Positions 1 through 9,584 of a DNA stretch of 64,000 bases are shown here, one piece after another. A program made the position numbers and the translations under genes. The notes beneath the pieces are model-generated. The model was not told the DNA's origin. It worked only from the letters and a program-made list of their open reading frames with translations, and did not search any database. Source of the DNA: an uncultured Planctomycetia bacterium (GTDB taxonomy: Bacteria; Omnitrophota; Gorgyraeia; Tantalellales; Tantalellaceae); NCBI GenBank assembly GCA_964572255.1, contig CAZNEE010000001.1:2223-66222 (forward strand), given 5' to 3'. Within the stretch, counting starts at the first letter, position 1. Every line of letters starts with the position of its first letter.

Positions 1-2313
1 ATGGCCCTGGCTATCCGTGATCTTTTAATAGACAAATGGATAGTGACCCAGCAGCGGTATCATGATGAGAATTCCAAGAGAGTATATTATCTTTCACTCG
101 AATTCCTTCTCGGGAGGCTTCTCAGCAATAACATATTGAATCTCGGATTGAATGATGAAAGCAAAAAAGCCATGGAGGAGCTGGGGCTTAACCTGAAAGA
201 TCTTTCAGAACGCGAGATCGATGCCGGTTTGGGAAATGGGGGCCTTGGAAGACTTGCGGCATGTTTTCTTGATTCCATGGCAAGTTTAGGCATTCCGGCG
301 ACCGGTTACGGCATACGATATGATTACGGCATCTTTAACCAGAAGATCATCAACGGTTATCAGGTGGAACTGCCCGAGGAGTGGCTGGCATTAGGCAATC
401 CATGGGAATTTGAAAGACCTGAATATACTCTAAAGATAAAGTTTTACGGTAAGACCGTTCAAAGCACAGGCAGGGACGGTAAGTTTCATGTGGATTGGGT
501 GGATACAAGTAATGTTCTTGCTGTTGCTTATGATATACCTGTCCCCGGCTATAATAACGATGTTGTGAACAATTTGAGGCTTTGGTCAGCAAGAGGTACG
601 AAGGAATTTGACCTGGAATATTTTCATGACGGTGATTATATAAAAGCTTGTGAAAATAAGATAGTCTCTGAGAACATTTCACGCGTTCTTTATCCGAGTG
701 ATAACGTGTATAAAGGTCTTGAACTACGGTTAAAACAGGAATATTTTTTCACTTCCGCATCGATCCAGGATATTATCCGCAGGTTTAAGATGCATAACGA
801 TGATTTCATGGCTTTCCCGGATAAAGTGGCGATCCAGCTTAACGATACACATCCGGCGATCGCCATTGTTGAACTTTTGCGTTTACTTCTGGATGAAGAG
901 GGGCTCGACTGGGATACCGCTTGGGATATTACTGTAAGAACGTTTGCTTATACGAATCATACTATAATGTCTGAAGCCCTTGAAAGCTGGCCGGCAGCAC
1001 TCTTCAAAAAACTCCTTCCCAGGCACATGGAACTGATATACGAGATAAATATGAGGTTCTTGCGGGAAGTCGCCAATCGTTATCCGTGGGATCATTGGAG
1101 GTTAGGTCGTATGTCTCTTATGGAAGAATGGCCGGAAAAAAGGGTAAGGATGAGCCATCTTTGTATTGTCGGGAGCCACTCTGTAAACGGTGTTTCACAT
1201 CTCCATACGGAACTGCTAAAAACCACGCTTTTTAAGGATTTTTATGACTTTTATCCCTGGAAGTTCAATTCCAAAACTAACGGTATAACGCAAAGAAGGT
1301 GGCTAAGAAAAGCGAATTCTCCGCTTTCGAGTCTTGTTACCGAAACGATCGGTGATGGATGGATAGGGGATCTTGGCCAGATCAAAAAGATCTCTTCATA
1401 TGCCGATGACGGCGCGTTCAGAAAAAAATGGAATGATATAAAAAATGAGAACAAAAAAAGATTGGCAAAATATATAGAAGATAAAAATAAGGTCATCATT
1501 AATCCTGATTCTTTGTTCGATGTCCAGGTCAAGCGTATACATGAATATAAACGCCAGACGCTTTTCGCTTTTTATCTGATCTCACAATATTTGAGGATAA
1601 AGAACAACCCCAACGAGGACATCCTGCCCAGAACCGCGATAATAGCCGGAAAAGCCGCGCCTGGTTATAAAATGGCAAAACTTATCATAAAGTTCATAAA
1701 TAGCATAAGCGAAGTCATTAACAGGGATCCTGATGTTAAGGATAAACTTAAAGTGGTCTTCCTGGAGAATTATTGCGTTTCTCTGGCGGAGAGAATATTT
1801 CCGGCAAGTGAACTTTCCGAACAGATCTCGACCGCCGGGAAAGAGGCTTCCGGTACGGGAAACATGAAATTTATGCTCAACGGTGCAGTTACTATCGGCA
1901 CATGGGATGGAGCGAACATAGAGATCGCTCAGGAAGTGGGGGATGACAATATCTTCATTTTCGGGTTAAAGGCGGACCAGGTGCAGGAATTAAGAAGCAA
2001 AGGATACAATCCTAAAAAATATTTAAAGCAGGATCCATTATTAAAAGAAGTTTATCAGCTTGTGAAAGAGGATTTTTTCTCGCCCTTTGAGACCGGGATA
2101 TTTAAAAATCTATTGGAGTCGCTTATTGGCTATGACGAATACATGATCTTTGCGGATTTTGATGACTATGTAAAAACCCAGGAGAAAGTATTCGAGGCCT
2201 ATAGAGATCGGGACAGGTGGACAAAGATGTCGATCATGAATGTTGCAAATTCAGGGAGATTTTCAAGTGACAGAACGATCCGGGAATATGCCAAAGAGAT
2301 ATGGGGGATCTAA
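1..2313 (+). CDS. glgP: Glycogen/alpha-glucan phosphorylase (5' end truncated by window edge)
   Basis: ORF runs from window start; pyridoxal-phosphate site signature 'EASGTGNMKFMLNGA' and overall phosphorylase family match. Confidence 0.9.
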   Translation: MALAIRDLLIDKWIVTQQRYHDENSKRVYYLSLEFLLGRLLSNNILNLGLNDESKKAMEELGLNLKDLSEREIDAGLGNGGLGRLAACFLDSMASLGIPATGYGIRYDYGIFNQKIINGYQVELPEEWLALGNPWEFERPEYTLKIKFYGKTVQSTGRDGKFHVDWVDTSNVLAVAYDIPVPGYNNDVVNNLRLWSARGTKEFDLEYFHDGDYIKACENKIVSENISRVLYPSDNVYKGLELRLKQEYFFTSASIQDIIRRFKMHNDDFMAFPDKVAIQLNDTHPAIAIVELLRLLLDEEGLDWDTAWDITVRTFAYTNHTIMSEALESWPAALFKKLLPRHMELIYEINMRFLREVANRYPWDHWRLGRMSLMEEWPEKRVRMSHLCIVGSHSVNGVSHLHTELLKTTLFKDFYDFYPWKFNSKTNGITQRRWLRKANSPLSSLVTETIGDGWIGDLGQIKKISSYADDGAFRKKWNDIKNENKKRLAKYIEDKNKVIINPDSLFDVQVKRIHEYKRQTLFAFYLISQYLRIKNNPNEDILPRTAIIAGKAAPGYKMAKLIIKFINSISEVINRDPDVKDKLKVVFLENYCVSLAERIFPASELSEQISTAGKEASGTGNMKFMLNGAVTIGTWDGANIEIAQEVGDDNIFIFGLKADQVQELRSKGYNPKKYLKQDPLLKEVYQLVKEDFFSPFETGIFKNLLESLIGYDEYMIFADFDDYVKTQEKVFEAYRDRDRWTKMSIMNVANSGRFSSDRTIREYAKEIWGI

Positions 2314-2759
2314 TGGAAAGATCCAGAGGCATAACAATATACGGGTCACTGATAATCGCGTTAGGCATTTTTAACCTTTTAAGTATAGGCGGATATAAAC
2401 AGTTCGCTTTAATGTTTCATGGTCTTCCAAATCTAATAATTATAGGCATTTACGTATTTACCATACTTTATGGGATAGCATGTGTTTATTGCGGATCCGC
2501 TATACTAAAGCTTGAAGATTGGGGAAGAAAAGTAGTAGTTGCTTTAACGACAATAAGCGTGATAATGGGTTTACTTTTGAACAGGCTGGCAATGTCCAAT
2601 TTAAAGGATTTTGTTTTCTCGGACGGTTCGCAGGTACCGCCTGACATCGCGGGATCGGTGTACAATTTCAGTATTATCCTTACAGCCATAGTTACCTTAT
2701 TTGAGATATCGATCATATTTTTCCTTACAAGACCTTCCGTAAAAGCCCAGTTTAAGTAA
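2301..2759 (+). CDS. Hypothetical small polytopic membrane protein
   Basis: 152 aa ORF with several hydrophobic helices; no recognisable motif; start may be ATG at 2313. Confidence 0.4.
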   Translation: MGDLMERSRGITIYGSLIIALGIFNLLSIGGYKQFALMFHGLPNLIIIGIYVFTILYGIACVYCGSAILKLEDWGRKVVVALTTISVIMGLLLNRLAMSNLKDFVFSDGSQVPPDIAGSVYNFSIILTAIVTLFEISIIFFLTRPSVKAQFK

Positions 2760-2840
2760 TAGTATATTGGGAATTTTTAAACACTTCTGAGTATGTAGGG
2801 TGTTCCTAAATGGCACGTCCCTAAAAAAACTTAAAAAAAT

Positions 2841-2868
2841 TTGACTTATATGAAAAATGTGATATACT
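2841..2868 (+). promoter_or_regulatory. Sigma70-like promoter TTGACT-N16-TATACT driving the leader RNA below
   Basis: TTGACT at 2841-2846, 16 nt spacer, TATACT at 2863-2868; same hexamers and spacing recur at the paralogous module on the minus strand (55590..55563). Confidence 0.45.
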
Positions 2869-2914
2869 TTTAAACGTTAGTAAAGTTAGTAGTTTTTACT
2901 AAAGTTTTTGAAAC

Positions 2915-3060
2915 AATAGTAAACCATTCGCAAGGATGGGGCACAAAGCCAGAGGGGCCGAAACAGGCTAAGTGGAGGCCAGCCAGCTGCCGATATAGCT
3001 AATCGTTAAAGCGCATGGCAGAGTGTTTTGTGAACCCAACCTTCAATGGTTGGGTTTTTT
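2915..3060 (+). promoter_or_regulatory. Structured 5' leader RNA; candidate c-di-GMP-I (GEMM-like) riboswitch aptamer plus intrinsic terminator expression platform
   Basis: 'AAACCAUUCGCAAGGAUGGGGCACAAAGCC' closely matches my recollection of the Vibrio cholerae Vc2 GEMM P-hairpin/junction ('AAACCAUUCGAAAGAGUGGGACGCAAAGCC'); GNRA hairpin CCAUUC-GCAA-GGAUGG; paralogous copy at 55373..55512(-) with compensatory changes; ends in hairpin AACCCAACC-ttcaa-TGGTTGGGT + U6 (3033-3060). Confidence 0.55.
3033..3060 (+). terminator. Intrinsic terminator (riboswitch expression platform)
   Basis: 9-bp GC-containing stem (ACCCAACC/GGTTGGGT) with 5-nt loop followed by TTTTTT. Confidence 0.6.
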
Positions 3061-3160
3061 ATTGATGAAAGGAGGGGATTCAAAAAGTAAAGAACGATGG
3101 AATTGTAATGCAATTATATGCAAATAGTGAAAAATCTAAAAAGAAAGAGAGGTGAGTAAG

Positions 3161-3595
3161 ATGAAGAAAATTATGATATTAAGCGCTATATTGTTTTGTG
3201 TTTGTATCGTTGGCGTTAATCCCAGTTATGCGGGTTTAGATGTGTCAGAAACTTCACCCGGCACCTATACCTGGTTTTACACCGGGGTACCTCATGCTAA
3301 TGATTACCATATAAGAAGCGACGGGCTTTACGGCCCTACTCCTTCAGGTTGGTCACCTGACCCATCAGATGCTGATGGAGACCCCACTACAGACGATTGG
3401 TACTGGAGTGATCCAGGGGATTTTGATTTGAATGGGATGGGGGGAACTATTTCATATGCATCTTATACGCCATACATAAGAATCACACAAAATGGCGAGA
3501 CTATAGCTGAAAACCCTGAACCGGCAACCATGGCAATATTTGGTCTTGGCGGATTGGGTTTGGCGGTAAGAAGAAAATTTTTGCGTAAGGCGTGA
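3161..3595 (+). CDS. PEP-CTERM sorting-signal secreted protein
   Basis: N-terminal signal peptide; C-terminus '...PEPATMAIFGLGGLGLAVRRKF' = PEP motif + TM helix + basic tail; RBS AGAGAGG before ATG 3161 (ORF track starts at GTG 3152). Confidence 0.75.
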   Translation: MKKIMILSAILFCVCIVGVNPSYAGLDVSETSPGTYTWFYTGVPHANDYHIRSDGLYGPTPSGWSPDPSDADGDPTTDDWYWSDPGDFDLNGMGGTISYASYTPYIRITQNGETIAENPEPATMAIFGLGGLGLAVRRKFLRKA

Positions 3596-3654
3596 AAAGG
3601 AATAATACATAACAGCATACAGTAAAAGAACTGAAAGGGGCACACGAAATATTT

Positions 3655-3692
3655 GAACCGGGTTCTATCACTTTGTGATCTGAACCCGGTTC
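3655..3692 (+). other. Perfect 11-bp inverted repeat stem-loop (GAACCGGGTTC...GAACCCGGTTC) downstream of PEP-CTERM gene
   Basis: Seen directly; no immediate U-tract, so terminator function uncertain. Confidence 0.3.
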
Positions 3693-3750
3693 AACTCCTT
3701 ATAGCGTGAAGTTTGCTTTTTATTGGCCTTTACGCTATAATACCCCAGTT

Positions 3751-5784
3751 ATGAAGAAGTATGTCCTTCACGAGACTTTTCCCTCAAAAGAGACGCATAT
3801 AGATTTCAGAAGCCATCTAAACGACCAGCAGTATGAGGTTGTGACGAAGGCTGAAGGGCCGTGCCTTGTTCTTGCCGGCGCGGGCAGCGGCAAAACGAGG
3901 ACTCTTATATACCGCCTGGCATATCTATTGGAGCGGGGGGTTCCCCCCAGGAATATCCTTCTCATGACATTCACGAATAAAGCCGCTCATGAAATGCGCG
4001 ACCGCACGGAAATGCTTCTAAAGTATAAGCCTAAAGGGCTTTGGAGCGGTACTTTTCATCATGTCGGCAATAAATCTTTACGCATGTATGCAGAAGCTGT
4101 AGGGTATAAGAAAGATTTCACTATACTTGATGAACATGACTCGCAGGACCTTATCAAAGCGTGCATGAAGGGGATAGAGAAGGTAAAGGGAGAACGCTTT
4201 CCAAAACCATCAGTAGTTCGTTCAATTATAAGCCTTTCCGTAAATACAAAAAAGTCCATTCAGGATATATTAGATGAAAAATATCCTTATTTTTGGCAGT
4301 TTTCAGATGAGATCGAGAAAATAAAGGATATTTACCAGAAAAAGAAAAAAACCTCGAACAGCATGGATTATGATGACCTTCTCTCAAAATGGAAAGAACT
4401 TCTCGAGACAATTCCTCAGGCAAGAAAGCGTTTCACGGAACAGTTTAAATATATTCTTGTAGATGAATACCAGGATACCAATTTTCTACAGGCGGATATC
4501 ATTGATATACTTGCTGAACATCATAAAAACGTCTTGGTTGTAGGAGATGACGCTCAGGCCATTTATTCGTTTCGTGGCGCCCGTGTTGATAATATTTTGA
4601 AGATCCCTGACAGATTCCGGGATGTGAAAATATTCAAGCTGGAGACAAATTATCGTTCCACGCCTGAAGTGCTCGATCTTGCCAATGATTCCCTGAAAAA
4701 TAACGAAAAGCAGTTCCATAAAGAACTTAAAGCCGTAAATGATTATCTTGAAAAACCCGCTCTTGTTGAGGTCAAAGATCTTTACTCGCAGGCTTCTTTT
4801 GTCGCCCAGAGAGTTCTTGAGATGAGAGAGGAAGGGTTGGAGCTGAAAGATATAGCAGTTCTATTCAGGGCTCATTATCAGGCGGCGGAACTTGAAATGG
4901 AACTTGTGAAAAGGGGTATTCCATATATCGTTCGCGGGGGGATAAGATTTTTTGAGCAAGCCCACATCAAAGATGTGCTTTCATTTTTAAGGATCATTGT
5001 TAATCCTACCGATGAGATCTCCTGGATGAGGGCTCTAACACTTTGTCCCGGGATAGGCCCGGGGTACGCTTCAAGAATATATGAATCCTTCCGAAAAGGC
5101 GGATCGAACCTTAAAGCATTTTTAACAAAAGATACACCCGAAGGGGTTCCGCCAAAAGCGCGTTCCGGGTATTCAAGGTTTTATAAGATAATGAAACGAT
5201 TGGTTGGCGAAGCGGCAAGTGGGTCCCCCGGAGATATCATAAATCTGATAATGGAAGAGGGATATCATACACATCTTTTAGCGAACTATGAGAACGCCAA
5301 GGACAGGGTTGATGATATCAGGGAGCTGGTGAATTTTTCACATGATTATAAAGCTGTACAGGATTTTTTAAATGATGTTACTTTAAGAGAGAATTTCAGG
5401 GGAGAAACTGTATTAGGCGCTAACGAGGATGATGAACAGCTTGTCCTTTCCACCATCCATCAGGCTAAGGGTCTGGAATGGGATGCCGTTATCATCATCG
5501 GTCTTTGCGAGGGGCAGTTCCCTCATCCCAAGGCCATGAAAGAAGAGTCAGAGATCGAGGAAGAGAGGCGCCTGTTCTATGTGGCCTCAACCCGGGCGAA
5601 AAAATATTTATATTTAATGCATCCGGCAACAAGGTACGATTATCAGATGGGGCTCGTGGTCGCCCGTCGCAGCAGGTTCCTCGAGGAGCTAAACAGCAAT
5701 TTGTACGAAGTCTGGGCGGTCGAAGGCGAATCATCCTTCAGTGAAGATGAGGACAGTGCTGAAGAAATTATTTCTTTAGAATGA
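3751..5784 (+). CDS. UvrD/PcrA/Rep-family ATP-dependent DNA helicase
   Basis: Q-motif 'NDQQYEVV', Walker A 'AGAGSGKTRTL', 'TFTNKAAHEM', 'VDEYQDTN', motif VI 'YVASTRAKK'; ORF track begins at 3706 but first plausible ATG after a TATAAT is 3751. Confidence 0.85.
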   Translation: MKKYVLHETFPSKETHIDFRSHLNDQQYEVVTKAEGPCLVLAGAGSGKTRTLIYRLAYLLERGVPPRNILLMTFTNKAAHEMRDRTEMLLKYKPKGLWSGTFHHVGNKSLRMYAEAVGYKKDFTILDEHDSQDLIKACMKGIEKVKGERFPKPSVVRSIISLSVNTKKSIQDILDEKYPYFWQFSDEIEKIKDIYQKKKKTSNSMDYDDLLSKWKELLETIPQARKRFTEQFKYILVDEYQDTNFLQADIIDILAEHHKNVLVVGDDAQAIYSFRGARVDNILKIPDRFRDVKIFKLETNYRSTPEVLDLANDSLKNNEKQFHKELKAVNDYLEKPALVEVKDLYSQASFVAQRVLEMREEGLELKDIAVLFRAHYQAAELEMELVKRGIPYIVRGGIRFFEQAHIKDVLSFLRIIVNPTDEISWMRALTLCPGIGPGYASRIYESFRKGGSNLKAFLTKDTPEGVPPKARSGYSRFYKIMKRLVGEAASGSPGDIINLIMEEGYHTHLLANYENAKDRVDDIRELVNFSHDYKAVQDFLNDVTLRENFRGETVLGANEDDEQLVLSTIHQAKGLEWDAVIIIGLCEGQFPHPKAMKEESEIEEERRLFYVASTRAKKYLYLMHPATRYDYQMGLVVARRSRFLEELNSNLYEVWAVEGESSFSEDEDSAEEIISLE

Positions 5785-5988
5785 AGAAGAAAAATAAAAT
5801 TCTAAGGGTCCCCTTAAAAGTTTTAGCCTTTTTTATAACTTTTGAAGGAAAAAGTGTAAAAACTGTTTGAGCTTACTTTTCCTAGGTGCGCGAGTTTTTT
5901 TACACTCTTCAAAGAGTTAGAAAAAAGGTGTTAAGAAACTTTTCGGGGAAAAGAATTTTATTTTTCTTCTTAAAACGAAAGATAGAAT

Positions 5989-6423
5989 ATGATCAGAAGA
6001 TTCTCGGCAGGCGGAGTAGTAATGCGAAAGACCGGCAGGAAGGCGGAAGTCTTGCTTATCAAGGACTCTTATGGCCGCTGGACATGGGCTAAAGGGCATA
6101 TTGAAAGGGGCGAAACACCCGAAGAGGCTGCTGTAAGGGAAATATCCGAGGAGACCGGGCTTAAAGAGTTAAAGATACTTGAAGAGCTCGGCAAGCAGGA
6201 GTATTTTTTTACATTAAAAGGCGAGAAGATATTCAAAACGGTTCATGTATTTCTTGTTCAAGCTTCTGGGGATGAAAAACTGGATATCCAGACATCAGAG
6301 ATCCAAGACGGCAAATGGTATGGCCCTGAGGAGGCACTTGAAAAAATAGAATACAAAGATTCTGCGCCTCTTCTTGAGAAGGGTATAGAGATATTCCTGA
6401 AAGGTAAAAAAAAGAATGGATAA
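5989..6423 (+). CDS. NUDIX hydrolase
   Basis: Nudix box '[23 protein letters not shown]'. Confidence 0.8.
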   Translation: MIRRFSAGGVVMRKTGRKAEVLLIKDSYGRWTWAKGHIERGETPEEAAVREISEETGLKELKILEELGKQEYFFTLKGEKIFKTVHVFLVQASGDEKLDIQTSEIQDGKWYGPEEALEKIEYKDSAPLLEKGIEIFLKGKKKNG

Positions 6424-7042
6424 GACCGTAAAAGCGATATTATTAGATCTGGGAAATGTTATTATCAAGCTGAATCCTTCGGCATTAGAGGAAGGATACT
6501 CTCATTATGGCGATGCAGGCGGCGGCAGGATGACCGAGTTCATAATGAAGGAAGACTCGGAAATATTAAGCGGATATATGGAGGGCAAACTTACATCTTC
6601 GCAATTTTACAAGAAAGTAAGCCGCCTTTTCAATATGGATATTTCATTTGATGATTTTTATCGTGTATGGAATGGCATGTTCCTGCCGTACCCAGAGATG
6701 GAAAACCTCATAAGACTTACCAGGGAAAAATATCCTGAGGTAAAACTTATTCTCGTTTCCAACACTAATGAAGCGCATTATGATTTTATAAGGCAAAATT
6801 ATAAGATCCTTGATCTTTTAGACGAATGTGTCGTTTCGCATGAGTTTGGGAAGCAGAAACCTGATAACTCTATTTACAATGAAGCCTTGCGGATATCGGG
6901 AACATTGCCGAAAGAGACGTTTTACACCGATGACCGGCTTGATCTCATCGACGCCGCCAGGGCCATGGGGATACGCGCTTTTCAGTTTACCGGCCATGAG
7001 GAATTTCAGGAAAAGCTAGAAAAATTCGGGTTAATATTGTGA
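6416..7042 (+). CDS. HAD-superfamily hydrolase (subfamily IA-like)
   Basis: N-terminal '[10 protein letters not shown]' (motif I-like), 'LVSNTN' motif II-like; overlaps nudix stop by 8 nt. Confidence 0.55.
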   Translation: MDKTVKAILLDLGNVIIKLNPSALEEGYSHYGDAGGGRMTEFIMKEDSEILSGYMEGKLTSSQFYKKVSRLFNMDISFDDFYRVWNGMFLPYPEMENLIRLTREKYPEVKLILVSNTNEAHYDFIRQNYKILDLLDECVVSHEFGKQKPDNSIYNEALRISGTLPKETFYTDDRLDLIDAARAMGIRAFQFTGHEEFQEKLEKFGLIL

Positions 7043-7049
7043 GGTATAA

Positions 7050-7946
7050 TTGAGAAGATCCGGATTTATTGCCATATCAGGCCAGCCGAATGTCGGCAAA
7101 TCAACTATGCTGAACGGCTTTTTAAAAGAAAAGCTTGCGATAATCAGCGAACGCCCCGAAACTACCCGTGACAATATACGGGGGATCCTTACCGATAAAG
7201 AATGCCAGATAATTTTTGTTGATACCCCGGGGATACATAAACCTCACGATCTATTAGGCAAACTCATGCTCTCGCGCGCTCAGTCCTCACTGATGGAATC
7301 AGATATAGTGATCTTTGTGACCGAAAAGAGACTTGCTTTAAACGAAAATGACAGAAATATCATAGAACGCCTCCCGAGACCGGAGGAGGATAAAAAAGTC
7401 ATTCTTGTGATCAATAAAGTTGATAAGGTAAAAGATAAAAAGTTATTACTCCCCATTATCGAAGAGGCGGGTAAACTTTATCCATTTAATGAGATAATAC
7501 CGATCTGTGCTTTGGATCAGTCCGATATCGAAAAACTTCTGATAATAATAAAATCTTACCTTCCCGAAGGGCCTTTATTTTACCCGGAAGAGCAGCTTAC
7601 GGATAAAAGCGAACACTTTATAATCCAGGAACTTATACGCGAGAAGACGCTGGTATTTACATATGAGGAAGTGCCTCATTCAGTAGCTGTTGTTGTGGAT
7701 AATATCGAGCGGGATGAAGATAAAGGCGGTTTGAATATCCAGGCCACGATTTATGTTGAACGCACCTCGCAAAAGTCCATTATTATCGGGAAAAAAGGCG
7801 AAATGATCAAAAGAATCGGAAAAGAAGCCAGAAGTGATATAGAAAAATTTCTGGGGGAACATATTTATTTGGACCTTTGGGTCAAGGTAAAAAAGAAGTG
7901 GAAAAAGGATCCCGGCGCCCTTGAGGAACTGGGATATACTGATTAA
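7050..7946 (+). CDS. era: GTPase Era
   Basis: G1 'GQPNVGKST', G3 'DTPGIH', G4 'NKVDK', C-terminal KH domain 'IIGKKGEMIKRIG'; TTG start. Confidence 0.9.
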   Translation: MRRSGFIAISGQPNVGKSTMLNGFLKEKLAIISERPETTRDNIRGILTDKECQIIFVDTPGIHKPHDLLGKLMLSRAQSSLMESDIVIFVTEKRLALNENDRNIIERLPRPEEDKKVILVINKVDKVKDKKLLLPIIEEAGKLYPFNEIIPICALDQSDIEKLLIIIKSYLPEGPLFYPEEQLTDKSEHFIIQELIREKTLVFTYEEVPHSVAVVVDNIERDEDKGGLNIQATIYVERTSQKSIIIGKKGEMIKRIGKEARSDIEKFLGEHIYLDLWVKVKKKWKKDPGALEELGYTD

Positions 7947-7990
7947 TAAGTTAAGATAGCGCTAAAAGCTGTGCTGACTTTGCATTTATA

Positions 7991-8064
7991 AGAGTGTAAT
8001 ATGTTTCCGTACAGGGAGGATCCACACTGGGCGGAGGGGCCCTGGTAGGAAATATATTACACTC
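7991..8064 (-). repeat. Copy A of dispersed GC-rich palindromic intergenic repeat (inverted orientation relative to copies B/C)
   Basis: Core CCAGGGCCCCTCCGCCC(A/G)GTGTGGATCCTCCCTG near-identical to 39646..39722 and 42855..42934; flanked by imperfect terminal inverted repeats; embedded in a longer palindrome 7971..8089. Confidence 0.7.
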
Positions 8065-8183
8065 ATGGGAGGATATAAAGTCAGCAGTACATTTTTATGA
8101 TATTTAACCGAAAAAAGTATTGATTTTACCGTATTAAGCGTATAATATTAGTTGTCAATTTAATATATAGTATAGGGAACAGG

Positions 8184-9551
8184 ATGAATAGCGGGAAAGA
8201 TTATTCACAGGAAACACAGGAGATGAGAGAAGAATTACTCCAAAAACTTCATGAGGCCCTTGAGGGAGCGCTTGAAGATCGGATGAAGAGCATCCTGAGC
8301 GGAATGGCCCCTGAAGATATAGCTGAAATCTTAAGCGATTTTTCCGAAGAGGAAAAACTCAAGATCTTTAACACGCTTAATCCTGAAGATGCCGCCACGG
8401 TTCTTGATGATACCGACCCCCAGTCACGTCTTCAGATATTAAATAAGTTAGATAACAGAAAATTATCCCAGATTTTAGGGGAGATGCCTGTTGATGAAGC
8501 AGCTGACATTGTTGAAGAGGTGCCGGAGAAAGAAAGAGAAGAGATCCTTGATCTTTTAGAAAAAGAAGAAGCTGAAGAGGTTGAAGAGATCCTGAGCTAT
8601 CCTGAAGACAGTGCGGCAAGGGTTATGAACCCTGAATTTGTTGCCGTTAAGGAGAACGATGATATTGAAGCCGCTATCCAACATGTACGCGGCTTAGAGC
8701 TGGAAGAAGAAGTTTATTATGTTTATGTTGTAGATGAGAGTGAAAAACTCCGCGGCATAGTTCCGTTGAAAAAGCTTTTATTGGCACGTAAAGGAACGTT
8801 AATAAAGGATATAACGGATGAAGATGTATATTCGATCGTGGTAGACGCTGACAGGGAAGAAGCGGCACGCATAATGAAAAAATATGACCTTTTAGCATTG
8901 CCTGTTGTAGATCGTAGGGAAAAACTGGTAGGCCGGATTACCGTCGATGACATCATTGACGTTATGGATGAAGAGGTTGCAGAGGATATCAGCAAGATGA
9001 CCGGTACCATCGAGGAGGAATGGGGGAACGAAACCACGATCAAAGCTGCAGGGAACCGCCTCCCGTGGCTTATCACTTGTATGCTAGGAAGCATTGTCAC
9101 GGGTTTAGTTATACAAATGTTCGAGGTGACGCTTGCGGAGACTATTGCGTTAGTTTCTTTTATCCCTGTTATTACCGCGACGGGCGGGAACAGCGGTGTT
9201 CAGGCGTCAACCGTTGTTATTAGGGGTATTGCTTTGGGGCACATGGATTTTTCCAAGCTGAGAAGTGAAGTTATACGCCAGTTCAAGATCGCGGTGGGCC
9301 TTGGTTTAGTGTGCGGCATAGTTTTATCAATCTTAGCTGATTTTTGGAAAAATAACAGTGCAGTGGGCATTATCGTTGGTGTTTCGATATTCCTGGTAGT
9401 TGTCTGGTCAAATTTTGTAGGCGTATTTGCTCCTATGCTCATGAAAAAGATCAAGATAGATCCTGCCTTGGCGGCAGGTCCTTTAATAACGACTTTAAAT
9501 GATATAATCGGAGTATTTATTTATCTGAGTGTTGCGGCTTCATTTTTATAA
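8184..9551 (+). CDS. mgtE: Magnesium transporter MgtE
   Basis: Acidic MgtE_N region, tandem CBS domains, C-terminal 5-TM MgtE domain ('ITATGGNSGVQAS'). Confidence 0.85.
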   Translation: MNSGKDYSQETQEMREELLQKLHEALEGALEDRMKSILSGMAPEDIAEILSDFSEEEKLKIFNTLNPEDAATVLDDTDPQSRLQILNKLDNRKLSQILGEMPVDEAADIVEEVPEKEREEILDLLEKEEAEEVEEILSYPEDSAARVMNPEFVAVKENDDIEAAIQHVRGLELEEEVYYVYVVDESEKLRGIVPLKKLLLARKGTLIKDITDEDVYSIVVDADREEAARIMKKYDLLALPVVDRREKLVGRITVDDIIDVMDEEVAEDISKMTGTIEEEWGNETTIKAAGNRLPWLITCMLGSIVTGLVIQMFEVTLAETIALVSFIPVITATGGNSGVQASTVVIRGIALGHMDFSKLRSEVIRQFKIAVGLGLVCGIVLSILADFWKNNSAVGIIVGVSIFLVVVWSNFVGVFAPMLMKKIKIDPALAAGPLITTLNDIIGVFIYLSVAASFL

Positions 9552-9584
9552 TGGTCGATACTTTTAAAATAAGGGGGTAAAAAT

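Noticed and set aside
5478-5744. 88-aa plus-strand ORF rich in R/G, and its minus-strand partner 5495..5734
   Set aside because: Both lie inside the UvrD-like helicase C-terminus in alternative frames of a locally GC-rich stretch. No start context.
8090-8183. Possible M-box (Mg2+) riboswitch upstream of mgtE
   Set aside because: The leader is only ~100 nt, AT-rich and dominated by a TTGATT-N15-TATAAT promoter. It lacks the length and GC-rich helices expected for an M-box.
8723-9100. 125-aa minus-strand ORF inside mgtE
   Set aside because: Antisense to the CBS-domain region of mgtE. S/T-rich shadow translation.
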